Shown here one piece after another: positions 26,188 to 35,403 of a stretch of DNA of 35,425 nucleotides; the first letter of the stretch is position 1; each line of letters begins with the position of its first letter. The stretch is taken from positions 1 to 35,425 of the forward strand of contig VGYP01000003.1 in the NCBI GenBank assembly GCA_016872955.1, written 5' to 3'. The notes below the pieces were generated by a model. It searched no databases. It saw nothing but the letters and a program-made list of their open reading frames with translations, and was not told the origin of the DNA. Both the position numbers and the translations under genes were made by a program. This DNA is from Planctomycetota bacterium. GTDB lineage: Bacteria > Planctomycetota > Planctomycetia > Pirellulales > UBA1268.

Positions 26188-28965
26188 ATGCTCTCGCTCC
26201 ACGACCCGACCGCCGCCGGCGCCGACTCGACTCCGCCCGCCCCGCGCGGGGAGGGCATCTTGGCCCGTGGCCTGGTCGCCTGGACCCGCCTCTGCCTGCG
26301 GATGCCGTGGGCCGTGTTGCTGACGGCCATCGCGATGGCCGTCGCCTCCGCCGCGTGGACGGCCGGCAATCTCAGCTACAAGGTCAACCGCACCGATCTG
26401 CTCGACCCCGACAGCGACTACAACCGGCTCTGGATCGACTACATCCGCGAGTTCGGCGAGCACGACGATACGGTCGTCGTGGTCGAGGGGCCGTCGCGGA
26501 CCGACGTGATCCCGGTGCTCGAGGAGATCTCCCGCGCGGTGGCGCAGCAAGGCGACCTGTTTCGCTCCGTGCTTCACGAAGTCGATCTCTCGCAGATTCG
26601 CTCCAAGGGCCTGCACTACCTCTCGCCGGCTGACCTGGCGGCCATCGACCGGTTCGTGGAACGGACCGCGACGATCCTGGCCGGCGGCTGGAAGCAGCTG
26701 CGGGTGGGCACGATGGTCACCGGCATGGCCGGCCAGATGGTGACCGGCGGCTCGCAGGGGGGGGCCGAGCCGCCGCTGGCCGCCATCGAGCGGTACAGCG
26801 AGAGCCTGCTGACCGCGCTGGATGCACCGGCACCCGTGCCGGGCCGGACGCCGGACTACGTCTCCCCGTGGCCCAGCATGCCCGAGTCGCTGGGCACGCT
26901 GCGGGATCTCTCGAGCGAGCACCTGCTGGCCAAGGATGGGCGGCTGGGCTTCGTGCTCCTGCGGCTGGTGAAGGAGGAAGGGGGCTTCGCCGGGGCCTCC
27001 GCGGCCACCGAGGAACTGCGGCGGATCATCGCCGAGGTCGGCGATCGGCATCCGGCCACGACGGTCGGGCTGACCGGACTGCCCGTCATGGAAGACGACG
27101 AGATGCGGACAAGCCAGGAGTCGATGATCTGGGCGAGCGGGCTCTCCCTGGCGGCCGTAGCGCTGGTGATCATCGTCGGCTTCGGCGGAGTCCGGCACGC
27201 GTTGCTGGCCAACGCCGTGCTGGTCCTCGGCATGGCCTGGGCGTTCGCCTGGGCGGCCGCCACCGTCGGCCACCTGAACATTCTCAGCGTCACCTTCACG
27301 GTGACGATGATCGGCGTCGGCATCGACTACGGCACCTACTACCTCGGCCGCTACCTGGAATGCCGCCGCCAGGGGCAGGACTGCGAACTCGCGCTGCTCA
27401 CCACCAGCGCTAGTGTCGGCCCGGGCATCCTGACCGGTGCCGTGACGACGAGCGTGGCCTTCTTCTCGGCGGCCCTCACGAGCTTCGTCGGCGTGGCGGA
27501 ACTGGGACTGATCGCCGGCGGCGGCATTCTGATGTGTTGCGTGGCCGAACTGCTCGTGCTGCCGGCGACGGTGGCGATCGTCGACCGCAGCTTCCTCGGC
27601 CGCCGCATTCCCAGCCCCGTGCCGGTCCACTCCTGGCTCGCGCCGCTGACGCGCCATCCGCGGTTCGTGGCCCTCGCCGGCATGGCCGGCACGCTCGCCC
27701 TGGCCGGCGGCCTGCACGACCTCGACTACGACCACAACCTGCTCAACATGCAGGCCGAGGGGCTCGAGAGCGTGGAAGTCGAGAAGCGGCTACTCGCGGA
27801 ATGCGACCAGAGCGTGTGGTACGCGCTCTCGATCGCCGACTCGCGGGAGCAATTGCTGGAGCGAAAGAAACGACTCGCTTCGCTGCCGAGCGTGGAACGG
27901 ATCGATGAGATCGCCTCGCTCCTGCCGGTCGACGAGGAGCTCAAGCGGCCGGTGATCGAGCGGATCCGGGCGCGGCTGGCAGCCTTGCCCGAGCGACCGC
28001 CCGAGATCCCGGTGGACCGGCTGGAGTCGCTGGGCGAGACGCTCGCCTGGGCGCAGGGAGAGTCCTCACGCCGGCCCGGTGGCCTGCGGACGGCGTGGCA
28101 CCTGGAGCGGGCCCGCGAGAGTCTCCGCACCAAGGGGCCGGAGGAGTGCTATCGGGCGCTGGCCGCCTTCCAGCAGCGGGCCGCGGGCGACCTGCTCTCA
28201 CGGCTCCATGCGTTGGCCGCCGTGGCCGACCCCGAGGCGCCCGCCCTCGACGACCTGCCGCCGAGCCTGGTCGAGCGCTTCGTCGGCTCAAGCGGCCGGC
28301 ACCTGGTCAAAATCTACGGCCGCGGGGACATCTGGAACTTCACGTCGCTGGAACGGTTTGTGAAGGACGTGCGCAGCGTCGATCCCCGGGCCACGGGCAA
28401 CCCCCTGCAGGCCTACGAGGCTTCGCTTGAGATGAAACGGAGTTACGAGCAGGCTGGCCTGTCGGCGCTGGCGATCATCCTGGTGGTGTTGTGGATCGAT
28501 TTTCGGAGCCTGAAGCACTCGCTGCTGGCGGTGCTGCCGCTCGCGCTGGGGATGGCCCAGATGCTCGGCCTGATGGGCCTGGCCGGCATCGATCTCAACC
28601 CAGCCAACCTGATCGGCATCCCGTTGATCCTGGGGATCGCCGTCGACTACGGCGTGCACGTCGTGCATGACTTCCTGGAGCGGCCCGGGCCCTATCGGAT
28701 CAGCGCGTCGACCGCCAACTCGGTGCTGGTCGACGCCCTGACCACGATCCTGGGATTCGGGGCCCTGATGGTGGCCAGTCACCGCGGGCTCGAGAGCCTG
28801 GGCCGGTTGCTGACGATCGGCGTAACCACCTGCACGGTGACGTCGCTGGTCTTCCTGCCCGCCGTGCTGACGTGGCTGCATCCCGGCGGCACGTCGACCA
28901 CGGAGGTGCGACGCGGTGCCGACGAAGCGGTTGTCTCGCCGCGGCCATCCCGTTGGGCGGCCTGA
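26188..28965 (+). CDS. MMPL/RND-family lipid transporter, HpnN (hopanoid transporter)-like
   Basis: Two TM bundles with GVGIDYG and GIAVDYG motifs, VGLTG.PV...DE, LDYDHNLLNMQ..GLESV, SHRGLESLG. Confidence 0.88.
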   Translation: MLSLHDPTAAGADSTPPAPRGEGILARGLVAWTRLCLRMPWAVLLTAIAMAVASAAWTAGNLSYKVNRTDLLDPDSDYNRLWIDYIREFGEHDDTVVVVEGPSRTDVIPVLEEISRAVAQQGDLFRSVLHEVDLSQIRSKGLHYLSPADLAAIDRFVERTATILAGGWKQLRVGTMVTGMAGQMVTGGSQGGAEPPLAAIERYSESLLTALDAPAPVPGRTPDYVSPWPSMPESLGTLRDLSSEHLLAKDGRLGFVLLRLVKEEGGFAGASAATEELRRIIAEVGDRHPATTVGLTGLPVMEDDEMRTSQESMIWASGLSLAAVALVIIVGFGGVRHALLANAVLVLGMAWAFAWAAATVGHLNILSVTFTVTMIGVGIDYGTYYLGRYLECRRQGQDCELALLTTSASVGPGILTGAVTTSVAFFSAALTSFVGVAELGLIAGGGILMCCVAELLVLPATVAIVDRSFLGRRIPSPVPVHSWLAPLTRHPRFVALAGMAGTLALAGGLHDLDYDHNLLNMQAEGLESVEVEKRLLAECDQSVWYALSIADSREQLLERKKRLASLPSVERIDEIASLLPVDEELKRPVIERIRARLAALPERPPEIPVDRLESLGETLAWAQGESSRRPGGLRTAWHLERARESLRTKGPEECYRALAAFQQRAAGDLLSRLHALAAVADPEAPALDDLPPSLVERFVGSSGRHLVKIYGRGDIWNFTSLERFVKDVRSVDPRATGNPLQAYEASLEMKRSYEQAGLSALAIILVVLWIDFRSLKHSLLAVLPLALGMAQMLGLMGLAGIDLNPANLIGIPLILGIAVDYGVHVVHDFLERPGPYRISASTANSVLVDALTTILGFGALMVASHRGLESLGRLLTIGVTTCTVTSLVFLPAVLTWLHPGGTSTTEVRRGADEAVVSPRPSRWAA

Positions 28966-29035
28966 AAGCCGACTTGTGCCGGGTGAGACCGCGCGGTACC
29001 TCCTCCACCTCGCCCCCGCTCCCAGGTGCCACCTC

Positions 29036-29677
29036 ATGAACCGCCTCGTCCATCCGACCGCGTCCGCCACCGCCATGATCGTCACCTGCCTGCTAGCCGC
29101 CGTCGGCCGCGGCGAGGAGCCAGCCGTGACCGTCACCATGGAGGACCAGTTCGGCAATCGACGTGAGACGGCGCAGATGCGGGGTGACGTGCTGGTGCTC
29201 GTCTACGCGGGGCGGTACGGGGCCGAGGCCGCCATGGAACTCGGCCGCCGACTGCACACCCGCTTCCATCCCACCGCCGCAGGCGCCGCACCGACCGAAT
29301 GGTCCACGCAGCCGGTCGTGGGCATCGTCGGCTGGCCCACCGGCATGCCGGTGCCCGACGTGCGCGTGATACCGATCGCCTGCGTGCCGGAGGTGCCCAC
29401 GTCGCTGCACGGCGTCGTTCGCCGTCGGCTCCGCAAGGAGTCGCCGGTGGTGCCCGTCTGGCTCGACTTCGAAGACGTGATGCGGCTGAGTTTCGGGATG
29501 GTGCCCGACGAGCCCAACGTGCTGCTGATCGATACCCGCGGCACATCGCAGGGCGTCATCTCCGGACACCTCGACGAGGCGCGTTTCAACGAGGTGGTGG
29601 GGCTGATCGACGCGGCCCGCAAGCGGGCCCAGCCCGAGGTTCGGACGGCCTCATTCCCAGCTCCGGTCGCCCGGTAA
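29036..29677 (+). CDS. Exported thioredoxin-like fold protein without CxxC
   Basis: Signal peptide, MEDQFGN, VLVLVY, VPVWLDFE, PNVLLID..G (peroxiredoxin/ATP10-like pattern). Confidence 0.6.
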   Translation: MNRLVHPTASATAMIVTCLLAAVGRGEEPAVTVTMEDQFGNRRETAQMRGDVLVLVYAGRYGAEAAMELGRRLHTRFHPTAAGAAPTEWSTQPVVGIVGWPTGMPVPDVRVIPIACVPEVPTSLHGVVRRRLRKESPVVPVWLDFEDVMRLSFGMVPDEPNVLLIDTRGTSQGVISGHLDEARFNEVVGLIDAARKRAQPEVRTASFPAPVAR

Positions 29678-29692
29678 ACCGGATTCACGACC

Positions 29693-29730
29693 GCCTCGGC
29701 GACGGTTTCGTCGGCGGCAAGAGCCGAGGC
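29693..29730. terminator. Hairpin between convergent genes (possible terminator)
   Basis: GCCTCGGC...GCCGAGGC outer stem with inner GACG-GTTT-CGTC; no T-tract. Confidence 0.35.
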
Positions 29731-29776
29731 TGCTCCCCATGGGGCAAGGCCCTGGCGGTCGGCGGGCCTGGGTGGA

Positions 29777-30712
29777 TCAGCTGCGGCGATCCTTGAGCCG
29801 CCGGCTGGCCCGCGTGAGCGTGTCCCGCTCGGCCGTGGTCAGGCTCGACTCGCCCGAGCGAGCGATCTTCTCCAGGATCCGATCGACCTCCCGTTCGAGT
29901 GTCGGCTCATCGTCGCCCAGGCGGCGGACCTCGTCGTCGGGTCTCACCAGCCTGAGCCGGCGTTTGCCAAGCCCGGCCCACCAGCGGCCGGCCGCGTCGC
30001 ACGGACCGGCGAGGCTCCAGCCCCGCCACGCATAGAGCAGGCCGAAGCCGGCCCCGGCCAGGTGGGCCACGTGGGCCACGTGGCTGGCGCGGTCGCCGGC
30101 CCCCGCGATATCCGACCAGAGATAGACCACGCCCAGCGCCCAGGCCGGCACCGGCAGCACGCCATAGATGAGCACGGTCTGACGCGGGTAGTACCAGATG
30201 AAGGCGGCCAGCACCGCCATCACTCCGCCGGAGGCGCCGATGAGCCGCGGCGTCCATTGCAGGCCTCCGGGATCCGTACCGGCGACCCGCTCACCGATCA
30301 CCCAGGCCAGTCCCGCCACCACGATCGCCGCGCCGTAAAAGCGAAGGAACTCACCGCCGCCGGTGATCGCCTCGACCGGACGGCCGAAGAACCAGAGCGT
30401 CAGCATGTTGAACACGATGTGCCAGACGTTGTAGGTGGCAGCCGGGGTCTGCAGGCTCGGCCCGTCATGGAGAAATCCGTAGCTCAACAGCGTCCAGAAT
30501 CGCCACGGCTGCTCCGGCAGATCACTCCGCAGGCAGAACACGTCGTTGAGCGACACACCGAGCGAGATGATCTCTCGGAACAGGTCGCCGGCGAGGATGA
30601 AGTTGGCCAGCCAGATCGCCACGTTGGCCACGATGATGGCGTTGACGGCCGACCAGTCCGACGCAAAGCCGGATGACGGTGCGCGAGAGTAACCGCGGTC
30701 CTGGAAGCCCAT
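29777..30712 (-). CDS. Rhomboid family intramembrane serine protease with C-terminal helical domain
   Basis: SYGFLH, WHIVFNML.LW.FG..VE, catalytic GASGG and AHVAHLAG; tail EVDRILEKIARSGESSLT (DUF6576-like). Confidence 0.93.
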   Translation of the reverse strand: MGFQDRGYSRAPSSGFASDWSAVNAIIVANVAIWLANFILAGDLFREIISLGVSLNDVFCLRSDLPEQPWRFWTLLSYGFLHDGPSLQTPAATYNVWHIVFNMLTLWFFGRPVEAITGGGEFLRFYGAAIVVAGLAWVIGERVAGTDPGGLQWTPRLIGASGGVMAVLAAFIWYYPRQTVLIYGVLPVPAWALGVVYLWSDIAGAGDRASHVAHVAHLAGAGFGLLYAWRGWSLAGPCDAAGRWWAGLGKRRLRLVRPDDEVRRLGDDEPTLEREVDRILEKIARSGESSLTTAERDTLTRASRRLKDRRS

Positions 30713-30920
30713 CGGGAAGCGTCGCGTGGTGCGACCGCAGGTGGGGAAACGAGCGAGGAACGATCATGGTAGGGCTCCCGCGGGCCCGCGGGCAACCGGC
30801 CACGGCCCCGACGGCTCCAACCGCCCTCCTCCATGTGCTAGGCTGCTCGCCTTGTGGTGGCACGACGGGCCATGGCGGCCCGGTGTGGTCGCGGAGCATC
30901 GCATCAACGGGGAGCAGACG

Positions 30921-32117
30921 ATGGCGACCAACGGCGGTTTGGGCAGGAAGCTGCGGATGGGGATCGTGGGCGGCGGGCAGGGCTCGTTCATTGGCCGCGT
31001 GCACGTCACGGCGGCCGTCCTCGACAACCGGGCCGAACTGGTGGCGGGTGCCTTCTCGAGCGACCCGGCCCGTGCCAAAGCCAGCGCCGCTGACTACGCC
31101 GTGGCCGACGAACGGGCCTACGGCTCCTACCAGGAGATGTTCGACGGGGAACGGAAGCGGCCGGCCGGCGACCGGATCGACTTCGTCTCGATCGCCACCC
31201 CCAACCACATGCACTTTCCCGTCGCCCAGGCGGCCGTCGCCGCAGGATTCCACGTCGTCTGCGACAAGCCGCTGACGCTCACGCTCGCCGAAGCGGAGCA
31301 ACTCGCCACCCTCGTGGACGCCTCAAAGCAGGTGTTCGTGGTGACCCACAACTACACCGGCTACCCGCTCGTGCGGCAGGCCCAGGAGATGATCCGAGCG
31401 GGCGAGTTGGGCGAGATCCAGGCGGTCCGGGCCGAATATATCCAGGGCTGGCTGCGGACGAGGCTCGAGAGCGAGGGGCAGAAGCAGGCCGCCTGGCGGA
31501 CCGATCCGGCTAGGAGCGGGGCCGCCGGCTGCTTTGGCGACATCGGCACCCACGCCTACAACCTCGGTCGCTACATGACCGGACTGTTGCCGGAAAGGAT
31601 TTCGGCCCACCTGAAGATCTTCGTGCCGGGGCGTCCGCTCGACGACTACGGCCATGCCGTGGTCCGTTATCAGGGCGGCGCCCTGGGCACCGTCACGGCC
31701 TCGCAGATCAGCCATGGCCGCGAGAATGACCTGCGGATCCAGATCGACGGCACGCTCGGGAGCCTGGAGTGGCACCAGGAGGAGCCCAACAAGATGGTGG
31801 TGCGTCACAACGGCAAGCCCCATCAGCTCTACACCCGCGACCCCAATGCGCCGTTCATGAATGAATCCGGACGGGCCGCCTGCCGGCTGCCCTCGGGTCA
31901 TCCAGAGGCCTTCTTCGAGGCCTTCGCCAACGTCTATCGCTCCGGGTTCGACGCCATGGCGCAGGCCCTCGCCGGCGGGGCGGTGGAGAAGGTGAACACC
32001 GTCTATCCCAACGTCCGCGACGGTGTAGAGGGAATGTTTTTCATCGAGCAATCGGTGGCCTCAAGCAAGGCCGACGGGGCCTGGCTCTCCCTGGCCCATC
32101 CGCTGGCGAGACGGTGA
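30921..32117 (+). CDS. Gfo/Idh/MocA family oxidoreductase
   Basis: [47 protein letters not shown]; SD GGAG before ATG 30921. Confidence 0.93.
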   Translation: MATNGGLGRKLRMGIVGGGQGSFIGRVHVTAAVLDNRAELVAGAFSSDPARAKASAADYAVADERAYGSYQEMFDGERKRPAGDRIDFVSIATPNHMHFPVAQAAVAAGFHVVCDKPLTLTLAEAEQLATLVDASKQVFVVTHNYTGYPLVRQAQEMIRAGELGEIQAVRAEYIQGWLRTRLESEGQKQAAWRTDPARSGAAGCFGDIGTHAYNLGRYMTGLLPERISAHLKIFVPGRPLDDYGHAVVRYQGGALGTVTASQISHGRENDLRIQIDGTLGSLEWHQEEPNKMVVRHNGKPHQLYTRDPNAPFMNESGRAACRLPSGHPEAFFEAFANVYRSGFDAMAQALAGGAVEKVNTVYPNVRDGVEGMFFIEQSVASSKADGAWLSLAHPLARR

Positions 32118-32165
32118 CGAATCCGGCCGCGGACGGGCTCGGCCGCGGCATCCCGCAGGTGGACC

Positions 32166-32981
32166 ATGGCCGCGGATCCTAGATTTCTCATCTTCGACAT
32201 CGAGAGCGTGGCGGACGGACCGCTCGTGTCGCGGCTGCGCTATCCGACCGAGAAACTCGCCCCGGCCGAGGCAATCGCCCGTTACCGTTCCGAACTGGTT
32301 GCCGAGACCGGCAAGGACTTCATCCCGTACACGTTCCACCTCCCCGTCTCGCTCGTGATCGCGAAGGTGGCCGGCGACCTGTCGCTGCAGGATCTCGTGG
32401 CCCTCGACGAGGACGATTCACGGCCGCATGAGATCGTGCGTCGCTTCTGGGAGGGCTGGAAGCGATACAAACAGCCTCAGTTGGTGAGCTTCAACGGCCG
32501 CGGCTTCGACATGCCACTGTTGGAGTTGTGCGCGTTTCGCTACGGGATCCAGATTCCAGACTGGTTCGCGGAGGAGGCGCGGAGCTTCGATCAGCCCCGC
32601 AATCGCTACAACACGCGGGCCCACCTCGACCTCCACGAATGGCTCACCAACAACGGCGCCAGCCGGTTCACCGGGGGGCTGTCGCTGGCGGCCAACCTGA
32701 TCGGGAAGCCTGGCAAGATGGCGGTGGCGGGGCACATGGTGCAGGACCTCTGGGACGCCGGCAAGCAGGCCGAGATCCACGACTACTGCCGCGGCGACGT
32801 GCTCGACACCTACTTCGTCTTCCTCCGGAGCCGGGTCGTGGCGGGTGACATCACGCTCGACCGGGAGCGGAAGCTCATCGGCCTGGCCAAGGAATGGATC
32901 GAGGCGCGGGCGGCCGAGAGTCCGGGGCTGGCCCGCTATCTCGCCGCCTGGGGCGACTGGCAGGACCCGCGGGCCGGCTGA
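32166..32981 (+). CDS. Stand-alone 3'-5' exonuclease related to the PolB proofreading domain
   Basis: DEDDy motifs: FDIESV (ExoI), SFNGRGFD (ExoII), YCRGDV (ExoIII). Confidence 0.9.
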   Translation: MAADPRFLIFDIESVADGPLVSRLRYPTEKLAPAEAIARYRSELVAETGKDFIPYTFHLPVSLVIAKVAGDLSLQDLVALDEDDSRPHEIVRRFWEGWKRYKQPQLVSFNGRGFDMPLLELCAFRYGIQIPDWFAEEARSFDQPRNRYNTRAHLDLHEWLTNNGASRFTGGLSLAANLIGKPGKMAVAGHMVQDLWDAGKQAEIHDYCRGDVLDTYFVFLRSRVVAGDITLDRERKLIGLAKEWIEARAAESPGLARYLAAWGDWQDPRAG

Positions 32982-32982
32982 C

Positions 32983-33639
32983 CTAGTCGGTTGCTGCGGG
33001 CGGCTCGGCGTGAGATTGCGGCGGCCCAGCCTCGGCCTCAGGATCGGGCGACTCGTTCGGGGTTGGCAGGCTCAACGACGCCGCCACGGCCCGGGCGGCT
33101 TCCCGTGCGGGCCCTCCCACCTTGTCCCGCGGCTCCCACGCCTCGACGGTGTACAGACGACCGGCCACGACGACAGCGGTGCACTCTCGGGCGATCTTCC
33201 GCGGCCGTCCATCGAGCTTGGCCTCGCCGACGGCCGACCACGTGGCGGCCCGATGCGGGCCGACGAGGGCCCGCTCCGGCGTTCGCAGCACGCTCGTGCC
33301 GTCGCCCTCGACGATACGGGCTGTGATCGCCGTCACGAAGGCGACATGGTTCTCGGGCGTCACCTCGACGAAGCCCTCTGGCGGATCGGCCGCCACGACG
33401 ACGACCGACGGATAGGCGACCTGCGGCGCGGCCTGGTAGCGGACGAGGGAGTCGGACGACCGCGGCGCCCGCCGCCAGCCGCGGGGCGAGAAGATGGTCA
33501 CGCGGCCGCCGTCGAGGTCGAGCCGGGAGGCCGGGTCGATCCCGGGCACGGCGGCCCCGCCCGCTGGCGAGCCGCCACCCGTGCAGCCGCTCGACAGGAT
33601 CGCGATCGCGGCCAACAGGACACGGGTGACTGATCGCAT
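32983..33639 (-). CDS. Hypothetical lipoprotein
   Basis: MRSVTRVLLAAIAILSSG-C lipobox. Confidence 0.65.
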   Translation of the reverse strand: MRSVTRVLLAAIAILSSGCTGGGSPAGGAAVPGIDPASRLDLDGGRVTIFSPRGWRRAPRSSDSLVRYQAAPQVAYPSVVVVAADPPEGFVEVTPENHVAFVTAITARIVEGDGTSVLRTPERALVGPHRAATWSAVGEAKLDGRPRKIARECTAVVVAGRLYTVEAWEPRDKVGGPAREAARAVAASLSLPTPNESPDPEAEAGPPQSHAEPPAATD

Positions 33640-33684
33640 CGCGGTGCTCTCGTCCGACAGGTCCAGTCGCGGTCCGGCGTCGCC

Positions 33685-34038
33685 TCAGTCGCCGATCGGC
33701 TCCTTGACGAGGCTGACAAAGTGGTGGACCCGTGACGAAGCGGCGAGTTCCTCGGCCTTCTTGTCGGCCGCCTTCTTGTCGGCGTATTCAAACATCGCCA
33801 CCCGCTTCATCGCCTGCGTGAAGACACCCCAAAACGCCTTGAGGCGAACATCCTTCGCCACCTTGCGGCGGCTGGGCTTCTTGGCGGCCGGCTTCTTCGC
33901 CTCGGCGGCCGGTTTCTCCTTCTTGGCCTTGGTCCCCTTGGCGGCCGGCTTCTTCGACTTCTTGGCGTCTTTGTCACGGGCCTCCGCCGCCTCGACCTGG
34001 GCCCTCATTTCCTTAATGCTTTTCGTCTTTCGTGCCAT
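33685..34038 (-). CDS. Small Lys/Ala-rich basic protein (117 aa) with KKPAAK repeats
   Basis: ATG 34038 after SD-like GAGGAA; MARKTKSIKEMRAQVEAAEA..., (K)KPAA repeats, folded C-terminal RLKAFWGVF...FEY...HHFVSLVKE. The longer ORF to 34899 is the nadA shadow. Confidence 0.8.
   Translation of the reverse strand: MARKTKSIKEMRAQVEAAEARDKDAKKSKKPAAKGTKAKKEKPAAEAKKPAAKKPSRRKVAKDVRLKAFWGVFTQAMKRVAMFEYADKKAADKKAEELAASSRVHHFVSLVKEPIGD
33880..33956. repeat. 20-bp direct repeat encoding KKPAAK
   Basis: CTTGGCGGCCGGCTTCTTCG at 33880-33899 and 33937-33956, with a degenerate third copy between. Confidence 0.8.
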
Positions 34039-34087
34039 CGCGCTGCCGCCGTTCCTCGTTGTGTCGAAGGGGATGAAAAGGAACCGA

Positions 34088-34136
34088 GGAGACGAGTATA
34101 CCGTCTCCCGCGGCGGCCACCGCGTCCGCCTATACT
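34088..34136. promoter_or_regulatory. Back-to-back -10 elements (TATACT) with an overlapping inverted repeat
   Basis: TATACT on minus at 34095-34100 and on plus at 34131-34136; GGAGACG-AGTATAC-CGTCTCC at 34088-34108. Confidence 0.55.
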
Positions 34137-34143
34137 TTGCTGC

Positions 34144-35286
34144 ATGGCCATACCCGTGAGCGAACCGCCCCCCGCCGGCCCCTTCGAGGCCTACCGAGGC
34201 CTGCCCGACGAGATCCTGCGGGACCACATCGAGGGAATCCGCCGCCGGATGGGGCCGCGGCTCGTGATCCTCGGTCATCACTACCAGCAGGAAGGCGTGA
34301 TCGCCCACGCCGACCTTCGTGGCGACAGTTACCAACTCTCCCGCAGTGCCGCCGACCGAGAGGGCTGCGAGGCAATCGCCTTCTGTGGTGTCCATTTCAT
34401 GGCGGAGACGGCCGACATCCTGGCCAACCGTCCCGACAAGGTGGCCTCCCGCGGCGGGCGCCGCGTGACGGTCGTGCTGCCCGACATGGCCGCCGGCTGT
34501 TCGATGGCCGACATGGCCGCGATCGAGCAGGTGGAGGACGCCTGGCAGGATCTGGGCGACGTAATAGACACAAGCGACGTCACGCCCGTCACCTACATCA
34601 ACTCGGCGGCCAGCCTGAAAGCCTTCTGCGGCCGGCATGGCGGCATTGTCTGCACGTCGAGCAACGCCCGCGCTGTGCTCGACTGGGCGTTCGCCCGCGG
34701 CCGGAGGGTGCTCTTCTTCCCCGACCAGCACCTCGGTCGCAACACCGCCCGGGCGATGGGCATCCCGCTGACCGAGATGACGGTCTGGAACCCGCACGAC
34801 CCGACGCTCGGCGGCAACTCCCGAGAGCGGCTCGCGGGCAGCCGGGTGATCCTCTGGCAGGGACACTGCAGCGTGCACGCGATGTTTCGTCCGGAGCACG
34901 TGGATGCGCTACGGGCACACGTGCCGGGCATCAGGATCCTCGTCCATCCCGAGTGTTCGATGGAGGTGGTGGACAAGGCCAATCTCGTCGGCTCGACGAG
35001 TTTCATCATCCGCCAGGTCGAGCAGGCTCCGCCCGGAACCGCCTGGGGAATCGGGACCGAACTGCACCTCGTCAAGCGGCTCGAGCAGGAGCATCCGGCA
35101 CAGTCGATCCGCTTCCTGTCGCCGACGGTCTGCATGTGTGCCACGATGTATCGGATCGACCTGGCCCACCTCTGTTGGAGCCTTGAACATCTCGAGCGGG
35201 GCCGGCCCGTGAACGTCATCCGGGTGGACGACGAGACGGCTCGCTGGGCCGTGACGGCCCTCGAGCGCATGCTCGCGGTGCGGTAG
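34144..35286 (+). CDS. nadA: Quinolinate synthase (4Fe-4S)
   Basis: ILGHHYQ, GDSY, FCGVHFMAETA, AGCSMA, TYINS, CTSSNA, FPDQHLG, GHCSVH, VHPEC, GST, GTE, CATM. Confidence 0.97.
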   Translation: MAIPVSEPPPAGPFEAYRGLPDEILRDHIEGIRRRMGPRLVILGHHYQQEGVIAHADLRGDSYQLSRSAADREGCEAIAFCGVHFMAETADILANRPDKVASRGGRRVTVVLPDMAAGCSMADMAAIEQVEDAWQDLGDVIDTSDVTPVTYINSAASLKAFCGRHGGIVCTSSNARAVLDWAFARGRRVLFFPDQHLGRNTARAMGIPLTEMTVWNPHDPTLGGNSRERLAGSRVILWQGHCSVHAMFRPEHVDALRAHVPGIRILVHPECSMEVVDKANLVGSTSFIIRQVEQAPPGTAWGIGTELHLVKRLEQEHPAQSIRFLSPTVCMCATMYRIDLAHLCWSLEHLERGRPVNVIRVDDETARWAVTALERMLAVR

Positions 35287-35378
35287 CCGCCCCGAGTGCG
35301 AGCGCATTGGTGTTGCCCGGAGCGACGCTTTGGCAAACCAGACGAGGTAGGCGACGGGGGTCGGCGAACGCTCGAGGA

Positions 35379-35403
35379 GCTGATGGCCGCGTCGGCCATC
35401 AGC
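35379..35403. other. Perfect 11-bp hairpin downstream of nadA
   Basis: GCTGATGGCCG-CGT-CGGCCATCAGC; no T-tract, role unclear. Confidence 0.4.

Noticed and set aside
34039-34899. 404-aa ORF 33685..34899 (-) as one protein
   Set aside because: The upstream part is antisense to nadA; only the last 117 codons look like a real gene.
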